DNA from: Anaerohalosphaeraceae bacterium
GTDB taxonomy: Bacteria; Planctomycetota; Phycisphaerae; Sedimentisphaerales; Anaerohalosphaeraceae
DNA: 64,000 nt
Assembly (NCBI GenBank): GCA_963675525.2
Contig: CAXXSL010000016.1
Location: forward strand, 704,001 to 768,000
Reading direction: 5' to 3'
Below are positions 40,260-50,739 of the stretch, piece by piece. The notes beneath the pieces were generated by a model. The model ran no database searches. It was not told the DNA's origin and saw only the letters and a program-made list of their open reading frames with translations. Made by a program: the position numbers and the translations under genes. Position 1 is the stretch's first letter. The number at the start of each line of letters is the position of its first letter.

Positions 40260-41444
40260 TCAGAGCAGATGTTTCCGGGATTTCTTTTTTTGACTCATCA
40301 CTGCCAGCAGCAATGATAGCACAAAGCCGACCGGAACGCAAAACAGGATCGGCAGTGTGCCGACGTGTTCAGCCACCGGCCCCAGCAGCATCGGCAGCAC
40401 ACACGCCACCAACCAGATACCGCCGACGATCAAACCCATCCGCTGTCCCAGGTTCGGCCCTTCGCTGTGTCGGGCGGCACTGACCATCAGCGGATACGCA
40501 CCGAAACAGAAAAACCCGCTCACAAAAAGCAGCATCGGCGACCACGGTTGCGGCAAAAAGAACAAGTAGGCCGCCAAAAACGGAATCCCCGCCGCCAGCA
40601 TCCAGCGAATCAGCCGAAGTTCACCGTGTTTGGCCGCAAACCGCGACATCACAATCCCCCCAATCCCGCCGGCCAGGCTGTACATCGAAACCGCCGCGCC
40701 GCCAAACGTCAGATTCAGTCTCAGTTCCTCAACCCGCTGCGGTACGATCCACGCCAGTACCTGCACCGAACAGGCCGCCAGCGTCGCAACCGCCATAATC
40801 ATCCAGAATGATATCGGTTCAACCTGCTTCCGTGCGGCTTTTCTTGTTGGTTCATCCCGTTCGACCGCCAGTCGAATCCCGAAAATCAACAGCACCGCTA
40901 AAACAATAACCGCCGCAACGCAAAACGGGACTAAACTGCCAAATCCCCATCGTTCAAACCAATGTGTGCTGGTCCAACTGCTGAAGGCAAAACCAATAAC
41001 GCCGCCAGCCATAAATACCGACGAGCTGACCGCCGGAGAAATGCTGTCCAGTCGATGGATGGCCTTCAGACATTCCGGATGTGTCATGCCGACGCCCGCT
41101 CCGCAGACCAACGAAATCAAACACAGCCAAAGCAGCGCCGTCCCGTCCGCGGGAACAATCCCAAATAACACAATCGCGCAGACCGCGACCAACCCGGCAT
41201 ACAAAAATAACGGCTTGTCGTTCTCGGCGCGCAGTCGGCCAATCAAAACCTGAATCCCGTTGGCCGGGATCAGAAATACCGTCAGCAGAACCGCTCCCTC
41301 GGAAACACTCAAATGGAATGATTGTTGAAAGGCCGGCAAAACCGTATGCATCAGACCGGGGAAACAATCCAGCACAAAGTGTGCCGCCGTCAGTGCGATT
41401 AAAAGTATCCATTGCGTTCGAAGCTGGCGCTGCGTCTCATCCAT
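40260..41444 (-). CDS. MFS transporter (Fsr-like)
   Basis: About 12 hydrophobic segments; AHFVLD, THPE. Confidence 0.82.
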   Translation of the reverse strand: MDETQRQLRTQWILLIALTAAHFVLDCFPGLMHTVLPAFQQSFHLSVSEGAVLLTVFLIPANGIQVLIGRLRAENDKPLFLYAGLVAVCAIVLFGIVPADGTALLWLCLISLVCGAGVGMTHPECLKAIHRLDSISPAVSSSVFMAGGVIGFAFSSWTSTHWFERWGFGSLVPFCVAAVIVLAVLLIFGIRLAVERDEPTRKAARKQVEPISFWMIMAVATLAACSVQVLAWIVPQRVEELRLNLTFGGAAVSMYSLAGGIGGIVMSRFAAKHGELRLIRWMLAAGIPFLAAYLFFLPQPWSPMLLFVSGFFCFGAYPLMVSAARHSEGPNLGQRMGLIVGGIWLVACVLPMLLGPVAEHVGTLPILFCVPVGFVLSLLLAVMSQKKKSRKHLL

Positions 41445-41446
41445 AG

Positions 41447-42232
41447 TTATCCGTCAATCCGAAGCAAAAATTCCTCACCCTGCCGAAACACATTGCACGG
41501 GTAATCAAACAGCTCGCTCATCCGCTGATTGGTAATCATCTCTTCCGGCGTACCGGCCGCCAGTACCTTGCCGTCCTTAAGCAGCAGAACATTCTGAATC
41601 CACGGGTCGATCTCTTCGATATGGTGTGTGACCAAAATCATCGTGGGTGAATTTTTCTGCCCGGCTAATGCCGACAAATCATTCATGAAACGCTGACGTG
41701 CGGCCGGATCCAGCCCGATACACGGTTCATCCAGAATCAGCAATTTCGGTTCGCAAACCAGCGCACGCCCGATCAGCACTTTCTGCATTTCGCCCTGCGA
41801 CAGTGTGCCGTAACGTTGTTCGGCAATCGTTTCGATCCGCAGTTGTTTGAGAACCTCCAGCGATTGGGCACGTTCCTGTTCGGTGATATGCCGATACAGC
41901 CCGACGGATGCGTCCAGCCCGGAAGCAACCACATCAACCGCCGTGTCCTGAGCAGGCAACCGCTGTGTCATCGCCGAGCTGACCCAGCCGATGACTTTTC
42001 GCAATCGGGGAATATCGCACGCGCCGAATCGCTCGCCTAAGACGCGCACTGTTCCGAACGTCGGCCATTCATAGCCGGTCAGAATTTTCAGCAGGCTGGT
42101 CTTGCCGGAACCGTTGGCCCCCAACAGCGCCCAATGCTGCCCCGGCTCGATTTTCCACGAAACATCCGACAGAATGGTTCGCTCTTTACGGCAGAAACAA
42201 ACTCCCTCAAGCTCAACAACCGCTTGTGTCAT
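41447..42232 (-). CDS. ABC transporter ATP-binding protein (ModF-like)
   Basis: HWALLGANGSGKTS, LSQGE, ILDEP, LVTHH. Confidence 0.88.
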   Translation of the reverse strand: MTQAVVELEGVCFCRKERTILSDVSWKIEPGQHWALLGANGSGKTSLLKILTGYEWPTFGTVRVLGERFGACDIPRLRKVIGWVSSAMTQRLPAQDTAVDVVASGLDASVGLYRHITEQERAQSLEVLKQLRIETIAEQRYGTLSQGEMQKVLIGRALVCEPKLLILDEPCIGLDPAARQRFMNDLSALAGQKNSPTMILVTHHIEEIDPWIQNVLLLKDGKVLAAGTPEEMITNQRMSELFDYPCNVFRQGEEFLLRIDG

Positions 42233-42235
42233 AGA

Positions 42236-43135
42236 CTACTCCGCCGGCTCGAACGGTTTTCCGGTCAGTTGCTCATAGGCCTCAATGTATTTGGCGCTGG
42301 TCTTTTGAATAATGTCATCCGGCAGAATCACGCCTTCGCCGGACTTATCAAAATTAATATCTTCCAGGTAGTTGCGCACAAATTGCTTGTCGTAGCTTTC
42401 CTGGTCGCGGCCCGGCTCGTATTTATCCGCCGGCCAGAACCGCGACGAATCCGGCGTCAGCGCCTCATCGATCAGGATGATCTTACCGTCCACTTCACCC
42501 CATTCAAATTTGGTATCGGCCAGCAAAATCCCCTTCGATGCGGCATGCTCGCTGGCCTTCTGAAAAATTTCCATACTCTTATCACGGACATACGTGGCCT
42601 TTTCGACCCCGATAACATCAGCGCACCGGTCAAAATCGATATTCTCATCATGTTCGCCCAATTCGGCCTTCGTCGCGGGCGTAAAGATCAATTCCGGCAG
42701 TTTCTCGCATTGCTTCAGTCCGCTGGGGAGCTTAATCCCGCACACCGTCCCGGACTGCTGGTATTCTTTCCAGCCGGAACCGGTAATATAGCTGCGAATC
42801 ACACATTCCACCGGCAGGACTTTGGTCTTCTTGACCAGCATCGTCCTCCCCGCTAATTGCTCCGGATAGTCGCAGAACGGCGCCGGAAAATCCTCTACCG
42901 CATCGCTGATGAGGTGGTTCTCAACAACGCCGTCCAGAAACTGGAACCAGAACTTCGAAATCTGCGTCAGTACCTGCCCCTTGTGCGGAATCCCCGATTT
43001 CATGATCACATCGAAGGCGCTGAGCCGGTCCGACGCCGCGATCAGCAGCGAATCACCCAGGTCGTAAATGTCCCGCACCTTGCCGTGTTTGCCCTCAACG
43101 CCGCCAATCTCCGTCTGTAATACTACATTCGCCAT
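42236..43135 (-). CDS. purC: SAICAR synthetase
   Basis: GKVRDIY, SDRLSAFD, FTPATK, ADTKFE, DEALTPDSSRFW, DKQFVR. Confidence 0.96.
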   Translation of the reverse strand: MANVVLQTEIGGVEGKHGKVRDIYDLGDSLLIAASDRLSAFDVIMKSGIPHKGQVLTQISKFWFQFLDGVVENHLISDAVEDFPAPFCDYPEQLAGRTMLVKKTKVLPVECVIRSYITGSGWKEYQQSGTVCGIKLPSGLKQCEKLPELIFTPATKAELGEHDENIDFDRCADVIGVEKATYVRDKSMEIFQKASEHAASKGILLADTKFEWGEVDGKIILIDEALTPDSSRFWPADKYEPGRDQESYDKQFVRNYLEDINFDKSGEGVILPDDIIQKTSAKYIEAYEQLTGKPFEPAE

Positions 43136-43412
43136 CTTAAACTCCATTTTTTAAGTGATTATGGTTACTGGTAACTGATCAACTGGGTACTACTATATAA
43201 AATCTCGCCCCATTATTCAATCATCAATATTCATGAATCATCCCAAGGCTCGTCCCGGCACAATCGATAATACCAACCCTCAAGAATCTGGACTACGGGA
43301 GCTCAAAATCCATTTTGCCAAATAAATATTGACAATGTCGAATATTCAGTTATACTATTTTATTAAATCGCACATTGATTATGAGTATGGAAAAATTCGT
43401 TTGACCAAAACG

Positions 43413-44276
43413 ATGAAGAAAAATGCCTTTACACTGCTTGAGTTGCTCGTCGTTATTGCCATCTTAGCTCTGCTTTTATCCGTTATTCTACCAAGTTTAA
43501 ATAAGGCTAAAGATAAAGCCAAAGATATCGTCTGCCGTTCCCACCTCAGAGGAATTGGAGTGGCAGTCCTACTCTATTTGAACGACAATGAATTCAGAGC
43601 ATTTAATAACAGAGAATCCAATGGACATCTCTGGTATGATGACAACGGCAATTACATCACGCCGGACAATACGGTTTGGTGGGAAGATGCCTATTGGGCA
43701 TTGGGGTACAGAGCATACGCCTCGGATGAAAAGGTTTTCAGTTGTCCTTCGTTTATCTTGCAGAATGTAGCGGAATTAATATATTCGACGGATACCAATT
43801 ACCAGACAACCCGGACGAATTTGAAGCGAGCCTCCGGCTATAGCCTGAACAGCTTCTTTTTTCGCGATCCGGAAGCGGCCAGCACCGGCGCCAACAGATA
43901 TAACAGGAAGATCAGCCGACTGAAATCTCCGAGCCGTTTGATTGTGACCCATGACCATATGGAACCGAAAATAGAAGGAGATTCCGGCGGCGGCGATCAG
44001 GATGACATGTTGTATATTCCGAAGGGAAGTGTATACAACCTGACACAGTATCGCACAGGTAGCCGAAAAGATTACTACGGATATATCTTCCGCCATTCTA
44101 AAAAGAACAAAAGCTGGGACGAGCCGTCGCAGCAGGCCGCACGGATTCCACAGATCGATACCAATCCCAACGGCAGCGTGAACGTCCTGTTTGCTGACGG
44201 CAGTGTCGATAAAATCATGGAAACAACAGGAATAAACATCCCACACAGCATGTACAGCGGCACCAGGGATGAATAG
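43413..44276 (+). CDS. Prepilin-type N-terminal cleavage/methylation protein (PVC type-II-secretion-like)
   Basis: AFTLLELLVVIAILALL...LPSL; C-term NVLFADGSV. Confidence 0.9.
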   Translation: MKKNAFTLLELLVVIAILALLLSVILPSLNKAKDKAKDIVCRSHLRGIGVAVLLYLNDNEFRAFNNRESNGHLWYDDNGNYITPDNTVWWEDAYWALGYRAYASDEKVFSCPSFILQNVAELIYSTDTNYQTTRTNLKRASGYSLNSFFFRDPEAASTGANRYNRKISRLKSPSRLIVTHDHMEPKIEGDSGGGDQDDMLYIPKGSVYNLTQYRTGSRKDYYGYIFRHSKKNKSWDEPSQQAARIPQIDTNPNGSVNVLFADGSVDKIMETTGINIPHSMYSGTRDE

Positions 44277-44399
44277 AACTAAAGAGACCGGGAGTCTTCT
44301 TAGTAACAAGCCAATATATCAATATTAACTGTTTCTTTTTGGCAATAAATACGATCCCGATACAGCCCCTTATTGCACTGCACCCACTCGGTCAATGCA

Positions 44400-44443
44400 T
44401 AAAAAAACTGCGGCCTGAAGGTTTGTCAGCAAGCCGCAGTTTT
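44400..44443. terminator. Bidirectional intrinsic terminator
   Basis: AAAACTGCGGC...GCCGCAGTTTT between convergent genes. Confidence 0.75.
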
Positions 44444-44464
44444 AAATTAAACGTGATTCTCCCC

Positions 44465-44686
44465 TCACGCCTTGGTTTCGTCTTTGTCTTTTTTGTCCCC
44501 GCCGCCGCATTGCGGGTCAGGGGCGGGCTTGTCACCTTTGTCGCCGCCGCAAAGAGTCTGGAAGTCGGATGTAAATGCCTTTTCGTCCTTATCTTTGTCC
44601 CCGCCGCAGGAACTGCCGCAAGCCATAACGGGAGTGGCCGCGAAGATCATTAATGCCATTAAACAGTATATCATTAATTTTTTCAT
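44465..44686 (-). CDS. Small secreted peptide with three CGG(G)DK repeats
   Basis: Signal peptide MKKL...PVMA; SD AAAGGA; own terminator. Confidence 0.75.
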   Translation of the reverse strand: MKKLMIYCLMALMIFAATPVMACGSSCGGDKDKDEKAFTSDFQTLCGGDKGDKPAPDPQCGGGDKKDKDETKA

Positions 44687-44867
44687 GGGTCTGTCCTTTC
44701 AATATTCAATTTAAATGTTGATTTTATTGCTTATTGGTACTTGATACGCCCACCCCACCGATTTGTTTAAAAATAAATTCGATTTTTTATGCCCCATTAA
44801 AAGATGCAATACAGCACTTTTCAGATGAAACGGACAAGCCATGTGAATAATCAACTTTGCATACCCA

Positions 44868-45407
44868 TCAGGGCTGGCACTTGGTATAACTTTTTCCGGA
44901 AAAGTATTCACGGGCGATCGCCCTGCCTTGTTCGCTGTTGGCGGGAACCCATTCGGCCCCATCCACTTTTTTAATAAGCTTCAGTGAAACGGGGACATTT
45001 GCATCATCAGAATGATTCGTTTCAACCGTCTGCTCCTTTTCAAGGAAGCCGATAATCATATTTTTTTCGTCGCCGTTTTTATAGAAAACATAGGCTCTTA
45101 CCCCCGCCAGCATCCCGTCTTCATGCGGACCGGATGGAGCTTCTATCGGCGGTGTTTGTCCGGATTTGGATGCAAAGAGATCCCCGGTATTCAGGTCATA
45201 GTACCATTCTTTATTAATGACTTCGGGAATCGCTGATTGTTTCATCGTTGGTAATGTAACGATAAGAAAAAGAATGATAATGACCGGAACCGCGGCAACA
45301 CAAATTGTAAGTACCGGCCGGCGCTTGGCAATTCGCAGCCAGTTATCACGGAAGGTCTCCCAGCGATACGCGAGTATCATTTTCCTGCTTTTCCAGTTAT
45401 CGATCAT
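44868..45407 (-). CDS. Hypothetical membrane-anchored protein
   Basis: One TM helix, then YYDLNTGDLF...PIEAPSG...GVRAYVF. Confidence 0.7.
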   Translation of the reverse strand: MIDNWKSRKMILAYRWETFRDNWLRIAKRRPVLTICVAAVPVIIILFLIVTLPTMKQSAIPEVINKEWYYDLNTGDLFASKSGQTPPIEAPSGPHEDGMLAGVRAYVFYKNGDEKNMIIGFLEKEQTVETNHSDDANVPVSLKLIKKVDGAEWVPANSEQGRAIAREYFSGKSYTKCQP

Positions 45408-45441
45408 TATTTTTAACCGTCATTTAAGTTGCAAACAATCA

Positions 45442-46212
45442 TTAAAATCCCGTACTTCCCCAAACCAGCTTAATACAGTCAACGACATCCTCGTTGTCAT
45501 ACTGCAGGGGTTGTGAAACGACATAGGGCGACAAAGGACAATTTTCACGCGTGTAGTTAGCAGTTTGGGGGTCTTTCCATTTCCAGTATTCACAGCGCCC
45601 GTCCCCAAAAGAAAACGTCGTTCCAAAACCATGCGGCACCGGAACCCAGTCCCACCATAACGGCAGTTCATAATTGGTCGTGAAACTTTCGGGCGTTGTA
45701 ATTCCTTCTTCAACGAAAATTGCCCGGTCAAAGGGATGATTGATTTGGCTGGTCTTCTTGCAGATCAAGTGCGCTGTATTCGGGACCCCCGTAAAACCGT
45801 TCATGGAATCCACGGGCACATAATTCCGGACAACACCGTCGATCACTTTGGGACATCGATAAGCATCCGGCGCGGGACAATAATCCCAAAAAAGTCCCCT
45901 TTGCATTTCATCAAGCTTTTCTTTTTCCGTGCCCTTGTAAACATCTTCTCCCATCCATCCCTCCGGCTCTGTATTGGCGCTGACAATTTTGCCATCGTTA
46001 TTATCCGCATACATAAACCATCCCAGTGTCAGTTGTCTGAGATTACTCAGGCAGACCACCCGCCGGGCGTTCTCTTTGGAAGCTTGTAATGACGGCATCG
46101 TAATGCTCATTAAAAGGGCAATAATCGCGATGACAACAAGAAGTTCCAGCAAGGTAAACCCCCTGCCGTTAGAATATTGAAAACGCCTTTTGGTATATGC
46201 TATATACACCAT
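45442..46212 (-). CDS. Prepilin-type N-terminal / H-X9-DG protein
   Basis: GFTLLELLVVIAIIALLM; H-GFGTTFSFG-DG. Confidence 0.9.
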   Translation of the reverse strand: MVYIAYTKRRFQYSNGRGFTLLELLVVIAIIALLMSITMPSLQASKENARRVVCLSNLRQLTLGWFMYADNNDGKIVSANTEPEGWMGEDVYKGTEKEKLDEMQRGLFWDYCPAPDAYRCPKVIDGVVRNYVPVDSMNGFTGVPNTAHLICKKTSQINHPFDRAIFVEEGITTPESFTTNYELPLWWDWVPVPHGFGTTFSFGDGRCEYWKWKDPQTANYTRENCPLSPYVVSQPLQYDNEDVVDCIKLVWGSTGF

Positions 46213-46239
46213 CTTTCCTTAACTGCACTCACCGAACCA

Positions 46240-46337
46240 GTCACATTTTGTGACCAGTTGATTCGACTCCTTTTTGTCCTTTTTGATCTTGAGGTTCCAT
46301 TTTAACACCTCAACCTGAAGTCACAAGCTGTGATTTC
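46240..46337. promoter_or_regulatory. Two GTCACA-N3-TGTGA palindromic operators
   Basis: GTCACATTTTGTGAC 46240-46254; GAAGTCACAAGCTGTGATTTC 46317-46337. Confidence 0.5.
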
Positions 46338-46383
46338 AACTTTTTTCTCCTTATTCACCGTCTCAGTTGGTAGGTGTCTAAGA

Positions 46384-49300
46384 TTATTGTTCCGGTGCCG
46401 GTATCTCAATAATTGTAGTCTGCCCGGGTTCCAAATCTTTCGAATGAACAATGATTTTCTTACGTAGAGATTTACCGCCTGTCCCGTACGCCGTTATTTT
46501 GAAGGAATACGAAAGATCTTCCTGTCCGGCTACCAAACCACGAAAGCTAAAATATTCTTCCTCTTCTGTAAAGAAGTCACGCATGGATTGCCCTTGATAA
46601 AGTCCTGGACTTGTTTCATGAAATCCTATACTTGAACTACACTTGTTTGCATATTCTTCCTGTCGCCAATCGAAATTTACAAGCGTGCGACATTCTGCGG
46701 GTTTTTTTAATTTGATGGTTGCTTCCGGCTGAAGTGTGATCTCCACCCACTGTTCGCTAAGTGAAAATTTTGTTCTCGATACATACTTTCTGTTTCTTGT
46801 ATTAACCCACAACCATCCGTTGGCCGGCACATCCTTCGATAAACTGATTTTACAGGAAAACTGCCCGTCACCGGCAATTTTCATATCACCTTCAAAAATT
46901 GACAGCAAGACGTCTGGGTGAAGATAATATTCTATTTCATCGGTACTAACAACCTCGGGCAGGTGAACAATCCCTTCAATAACAGGGTGTTTTTTTATGG
47001 GAATCGAAATTTTGTTTTCTAAACCAGCCTTGATCTCCACTTCAACATCATTCTTATAATCATAGATTGGGTATCCAGTTGCATCAATCGTATAGTTACC
47101 TTCTTTTAATCGCACACGATATCTGCCCGCATCATCAAGCTTAACCTTAAAACGATCTCCGTTTTCCGGGGTAATCCTAACGTCTGCTCTTTCGTATTGA
47201 ATTTGTTCCTGTGTGTCTTGATTAATCAGTATAATTTCAAAATCACAAAGGGAATCATCGGCATGTACCTCTATCGGTTTTTCAGACGCTGGATGGTCAG
47301 GAGACACAATCCGAAGATCGTCCCGCCCAACTTTAATATCCCTCTGCTGAACCTTATATTCGCCATTTTCCGCATATATTTCAACTTCTCCCTCACACAG
47401 GCCGGAGATTAAAAAATGTCCCGCAGAATCCGTTATGATAACATTTGGATCTTCGTTTAGTTGCCCTTCTCCCGAAACAAAAACGCGATATCCCTCAAGT
47501 GGATTGCCCATGCGATCGACCACAATGCCGGATAATGTTTGATTTGGCACCCGCAGTTGAATTTGCCCAAAATCAAGCTTTGCTGTTTCTCGTAAAACCC
47601 ATATAATATTATGGATTTTTTCTACTTGTGGTTCTCCGACAGGTGTTGCCACTTTCACGACTATGTAATCTTTATTCTCCTCTATCATCTTCGTAATTTG
47701 CGGATCATGTTTTGAGCTAATGATTTTCTTCTGAACCCTTCCGTGCCCTTCGGCAGTAATTTCGAGAATATATGAAAATTCGGGAATCAGTTGGAAACGG
47801 AATGACCCCGTTGAGTCTGTCTGTACTCCGTCGTACAGGAAAAAATATTTCTCTCTAAAGATACGATCGCAGAAGATCCAACCCATCGCTTCAGGATACG
47901 CATAGATACGCACGGTGGAGGCCGCCGGCTCTCCGCGTTCATCGACAACCTTGCCGCTTGCCAACGTGGTCGAGTTTAGCGGGATTTCAATTTGCCTTTC
48001 CCAATTGTACTTGGCCCATCCGCCCTGTCGCATCCGAGGATGAAACGCCAGCAATATCACGTCCCGGGCGATTGGTTCTCCCGAAAGCAGGGCAATGGTT
48101 TCAGTTGCTGATTCGTCTTCCTCAGAGTTGCTTGTCTGCAGCATCACGATGCCGATTTCTCCCTCGTCACCGTAAACAGGATCAGACAATGCGCGTTGCC
48201 GGGAGAGAGAAGAGGCGTCTTCGAGTAATCGCTTCATATTGGAACGCTTGAGCGGTTGGAGAGACTCCCGCTGAAACAGGAAACTGCCATCTTTGTCCGT
48301 TGTCGTAATCGATTCCGAAAATCCAAGCTGTCGGACTGTTACACCAGCCACCGGCCGACCGGTGAATGTCACACAACGACCTTCGTAGCCGGAAAGCAAT
48401 TGGGCCACCAGCAACACCTGCTGATCGGCCCCGGCGTCCACATGGATGAGGTCTCCTTGTCCGATAAGTTCATAATCCGGCTTACTAATCGATTCGACGG
48501 CATAGTCGCCCGGAGGAAGACGAAAAACAGCAACGCCGTCGTCGCCAGTGGTAACCGGCAGAATGGTATCGCCGGACAATTCAGCAATCTGCATGAGAAC
48601 CTGTCCCTGCGATTGGCCGAGGGGTGCATAGGTAATCTTTTTAACCGTTTGGACATTCGAACGGATTTGCTCCAAGGTGGTTGGGGTATTTTCAGCACCC
48701 ACCGGTTTTAAGGCAACACCAACGTCGGCTAACGGTTGCTGCTCGGTATCCTGCACACGGATTGTTACCGTCTGGCAACATACCGCGGGGATTGTGATAT
48801 TGTCGGTTTGCCCTTCTGTTAGTTCAATTTTTTGTGCGGCGGCGTGCCATTTTCGATCATTGGCTATAAATGGGTCTAGGGAAATCTTATAGGTTCCGGG
48901 TGATAAGTGCTCCGTTGCAAAAATGCCCTGTGAGTCGGTCGTGATTACCTGATTATTCCCTTCAGGGTCGTCGGCCACAGCAGAGCCTGCGTAGGCAGTC
49001 CAGACAACCCCTCCATGACTGAGACCGTTCATTTTAACAACAAAGATTTTTTCGCCGGGGATGCCCGCGGCAGTCTGTTTGTTGATCAAACATCCGCAAA
49101 TCGCACATGCTCTTTCAAGAGTAAACAGCAATGGAGCACCGCCTGCCGGAATAGTCATTTCCTCTGGCCGTTGGTCCGTCGGCCAGGTATATTGATGCGC
49201 ATATCCCTCGGCCTTAATAGAGAACTCGGCCTTGGCAAACGATGGAATATTAGAAATTAAGAATTCGCCGTTCACGTCTGTCGTTGCTGTCAACCAATCA

Positions 49301-50538
49301 GTCTGGGCCGCTTCTTTGGCCTCCGACTGACCATAATCAAACATTTGATAACTGGACACATAAGCGGATACCCTTCCCTCCGCAACAGGCTTTCCGGAAG
49401 TATCGACCACCCGGCCGGTATACGCCTTGTGCCCAAACTTCATCTCAAGCGGTTCAAGATCAGAATCTGTAAATGAAAAGGATTTAACTAGCAAAGCATA
49501 ATCATCTTTGTAAGCAATCAACAGGCTGTGTTCTGTTTTTCGATCATAATCTGTCCGTTCAAACACATATTTCCCCAAAGAATCGGTGGTCGTTTTCCCG
49601 ACAGCTTTAACCGCAAAACCAAACGGCTGATTATTATCTTCGAAAACATCATAAATCGAAATCGTCACGTCTTCCAATGGGATAAACGGCTCTTCGATGA
49701 TCATCCCTGAGACCGAGCGGATACCCGTATCAAACGGCGCCAATTCAACCGGCTGATTTTCCTGAATGCGGCCGGAGGCAATATGTAAGTAACGAGAATT
49801 TGCCAGCATCGCGCCGTAAGAAATCGAACGAACGGAGTTTTCCATTGCCAGCTTGTCCAAAAGCTCAATTTCTATCTGTTGCTCGTTGCATCGATAACTG
49901 AAAGAATCGCCGGTGATTCCATCGTCTGTGGTGCAATAGTTTTTCCCATCGTTGACTTCGATATAAAACTCCGCCGTAGCGTCCGTCGGAATAAAATCGA
50001 ATTTAAACCGCCCTGCTTCATCCGTCTTTTCGGTTAGACGGTCAAAGTAGTTGATACTATCTGTATTTTTTTCAGTCGGGAGCATTAACAACGCCCGGAC
50101 CGATGCGCCCGTTACCGGCTGGCCGCTTTCATCAACAACCCGCCCGGCCAATTTCCCATACCGATCCAACTGCAACGTCGTTGTTTTATCCTGTCGAAGG
50201 TTCCACGAGGCCCAGCATAGCCCCATTTCCTTCTTAGCAACAAGAATAGTGGCCCACTGTTGCAGTTCGTTTTCGGCACGTCGGCTCGTCAACGTAAACT
50301 GTCCCTCGGAGTCCGACATTGCCTGACCGACAAGTGTTCGTTGAACCTCAAACGTCGTCATGTCGTAAGACATTTCATAAAGAAACACATACGCATCGGC
50401 AACAGCATTTCCCGGAGTATCAGTAATCCGTCCCGTGCAAGTGACCGTGTCCTCGGCTGTAAGTCCGCGCGAAGAATGAGTGAGTAAAAAGGTGAGACAC
50501 AAGAGCATAAAAAAAGATTGACGCGTTTTACAGAGCAT
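46384..50538 (-). CDS. Large secreted protein with repeated carboxypeptidase-regulatory-like (transthyretin/Cna-B-like) domains
   Basis: Signal peptide; many G.VVD..G.PV.GA.V...TD..G.F repeats. Confidence 0.8.
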   Translation of the reverse strand: MLCKTRQSFFMLLCLTFLLTHSSRGLTAEDTVTCTGRITDTPGNAVADAYVFLYEMSYDMTTFEVQRTLVGQAMSDSEGQFTLTSRRAENELQQWATILVAKKEMGLCWASWNLRQDKTTTLQLDRYGKLAGRVVDESGQPVTGASVRALLMLPTEKNTDSINYFDRLTEKTDEAGRFKFDFIPTDATAEFYIEVNDGKNYCTTDDGITGDSFSYRCNEQQIEIELLDKLAMENSVRSISYGAMLANSRYLHIASGRIQENQPVELAPFDTGIRSVSGMIIEEPFIPLEDVTISIYDVFEDNNQPFGFAVKAVGKTTTDSLGKYVFERTDYDRKTEHSLLIAYKDDYALLVKSFSFTDSDLEPLEMKFGHKAYTGRVVDTSGKPVAEGRVSAYVSSYQMFDYGQSEAKEAAQTDWLTATTDVNGEFLISNIPSFAKAEFSIKAEGYAHQYTWPTDQRPEEMTIPAGGAPLLFTLERACAICGCLINKQTAAGIPGEKIFVVKMNGLSHGGVVWTAYAGSAVADDPEGNNQVITTDSQGIFATEHLSPGTYKISLDPFIANDRKWHAAAQKIELTEGQTDNITIPAVCCQTVTIRVQDTEQQPLADVGVALKPVGAENTPTTLEQIRSNVQTVKKITYAPLGQSQGQVLMQIAELSGDTILPVTTGDDGVAVFRLPPGDYAVESISKPDYELIGQGDLIHVDAGADQQVLLVAQLLSGYEGRCVTFTGRPVAGVTVRQLGFSESITTTDKDGSFLFQRESLQPLKRSNMKRLLEDASSLSRQRALSDPVYGDEGEIGIVMLQTSNSEEDESATETIALLSGEPIARDVILLAFHPRMRQGGWAKYNWERQIEIPLNSTTLASGKVVDERGEPAASTVRIYAYPEAMGWIFCDRIFREKYFFLYDGVQTDSTGSFRFQLIPEFSYILEITAEGHGRVQKKIISSKHDPQITKMIEENKDYIVVKVATPVGEPQVEKIHNIIWVLRETAKLDFGQIQLRVPNQTLSGIVVDRMGNPLEGYRVFVSGEGQLNEDPNVIITDSAGHFLISGLCEGEVEIYAENGEYKVQQRDIKVGRDDLRIVSPDHPASEKPIEVHADDSLCDFEIILINQDTQEQIQYERADVRITPENGDRFKVKLDDAGRYRVRLKEGNYTIDATGYPIYDYKNDVEVEIKAGLENKISIPIKKHPVIEGIVHLPEVVSTDEIEYYLHPDVLLSIFEGDMKIAGDGQFSCKISLSKDVPANGWLWVNTRNRKYVSRTKFSLSEQWVEITLQPEATIKLKKPAECRTLVNFDWRQEEYANKCSSSIGFHETSPGLYQGQSMRDFFTEEEEYFSFRGLVAGQEDLSYSFKITAYGTGGKSLRKKIIVHSKDLEPGQTTIIEIPAPEQ

Positions 50539-50739
50539 GGGTGTTTCCTCCTTGATAAAATATCTGTATTATTTCATTTTTGACCTGCGAATTTATCTTA
50601 GGTACCTTATCGGAAATATTATAGATCAATCCCTGGCAAAAATAAACGTCAAAATCCTCCCCAAATCGCCCTGTATACTTGCATTCATATATTCTGACAT
50701 TTTTGGGAAAAAACAGCCGCAATCAAACGCCCGCCCCTG

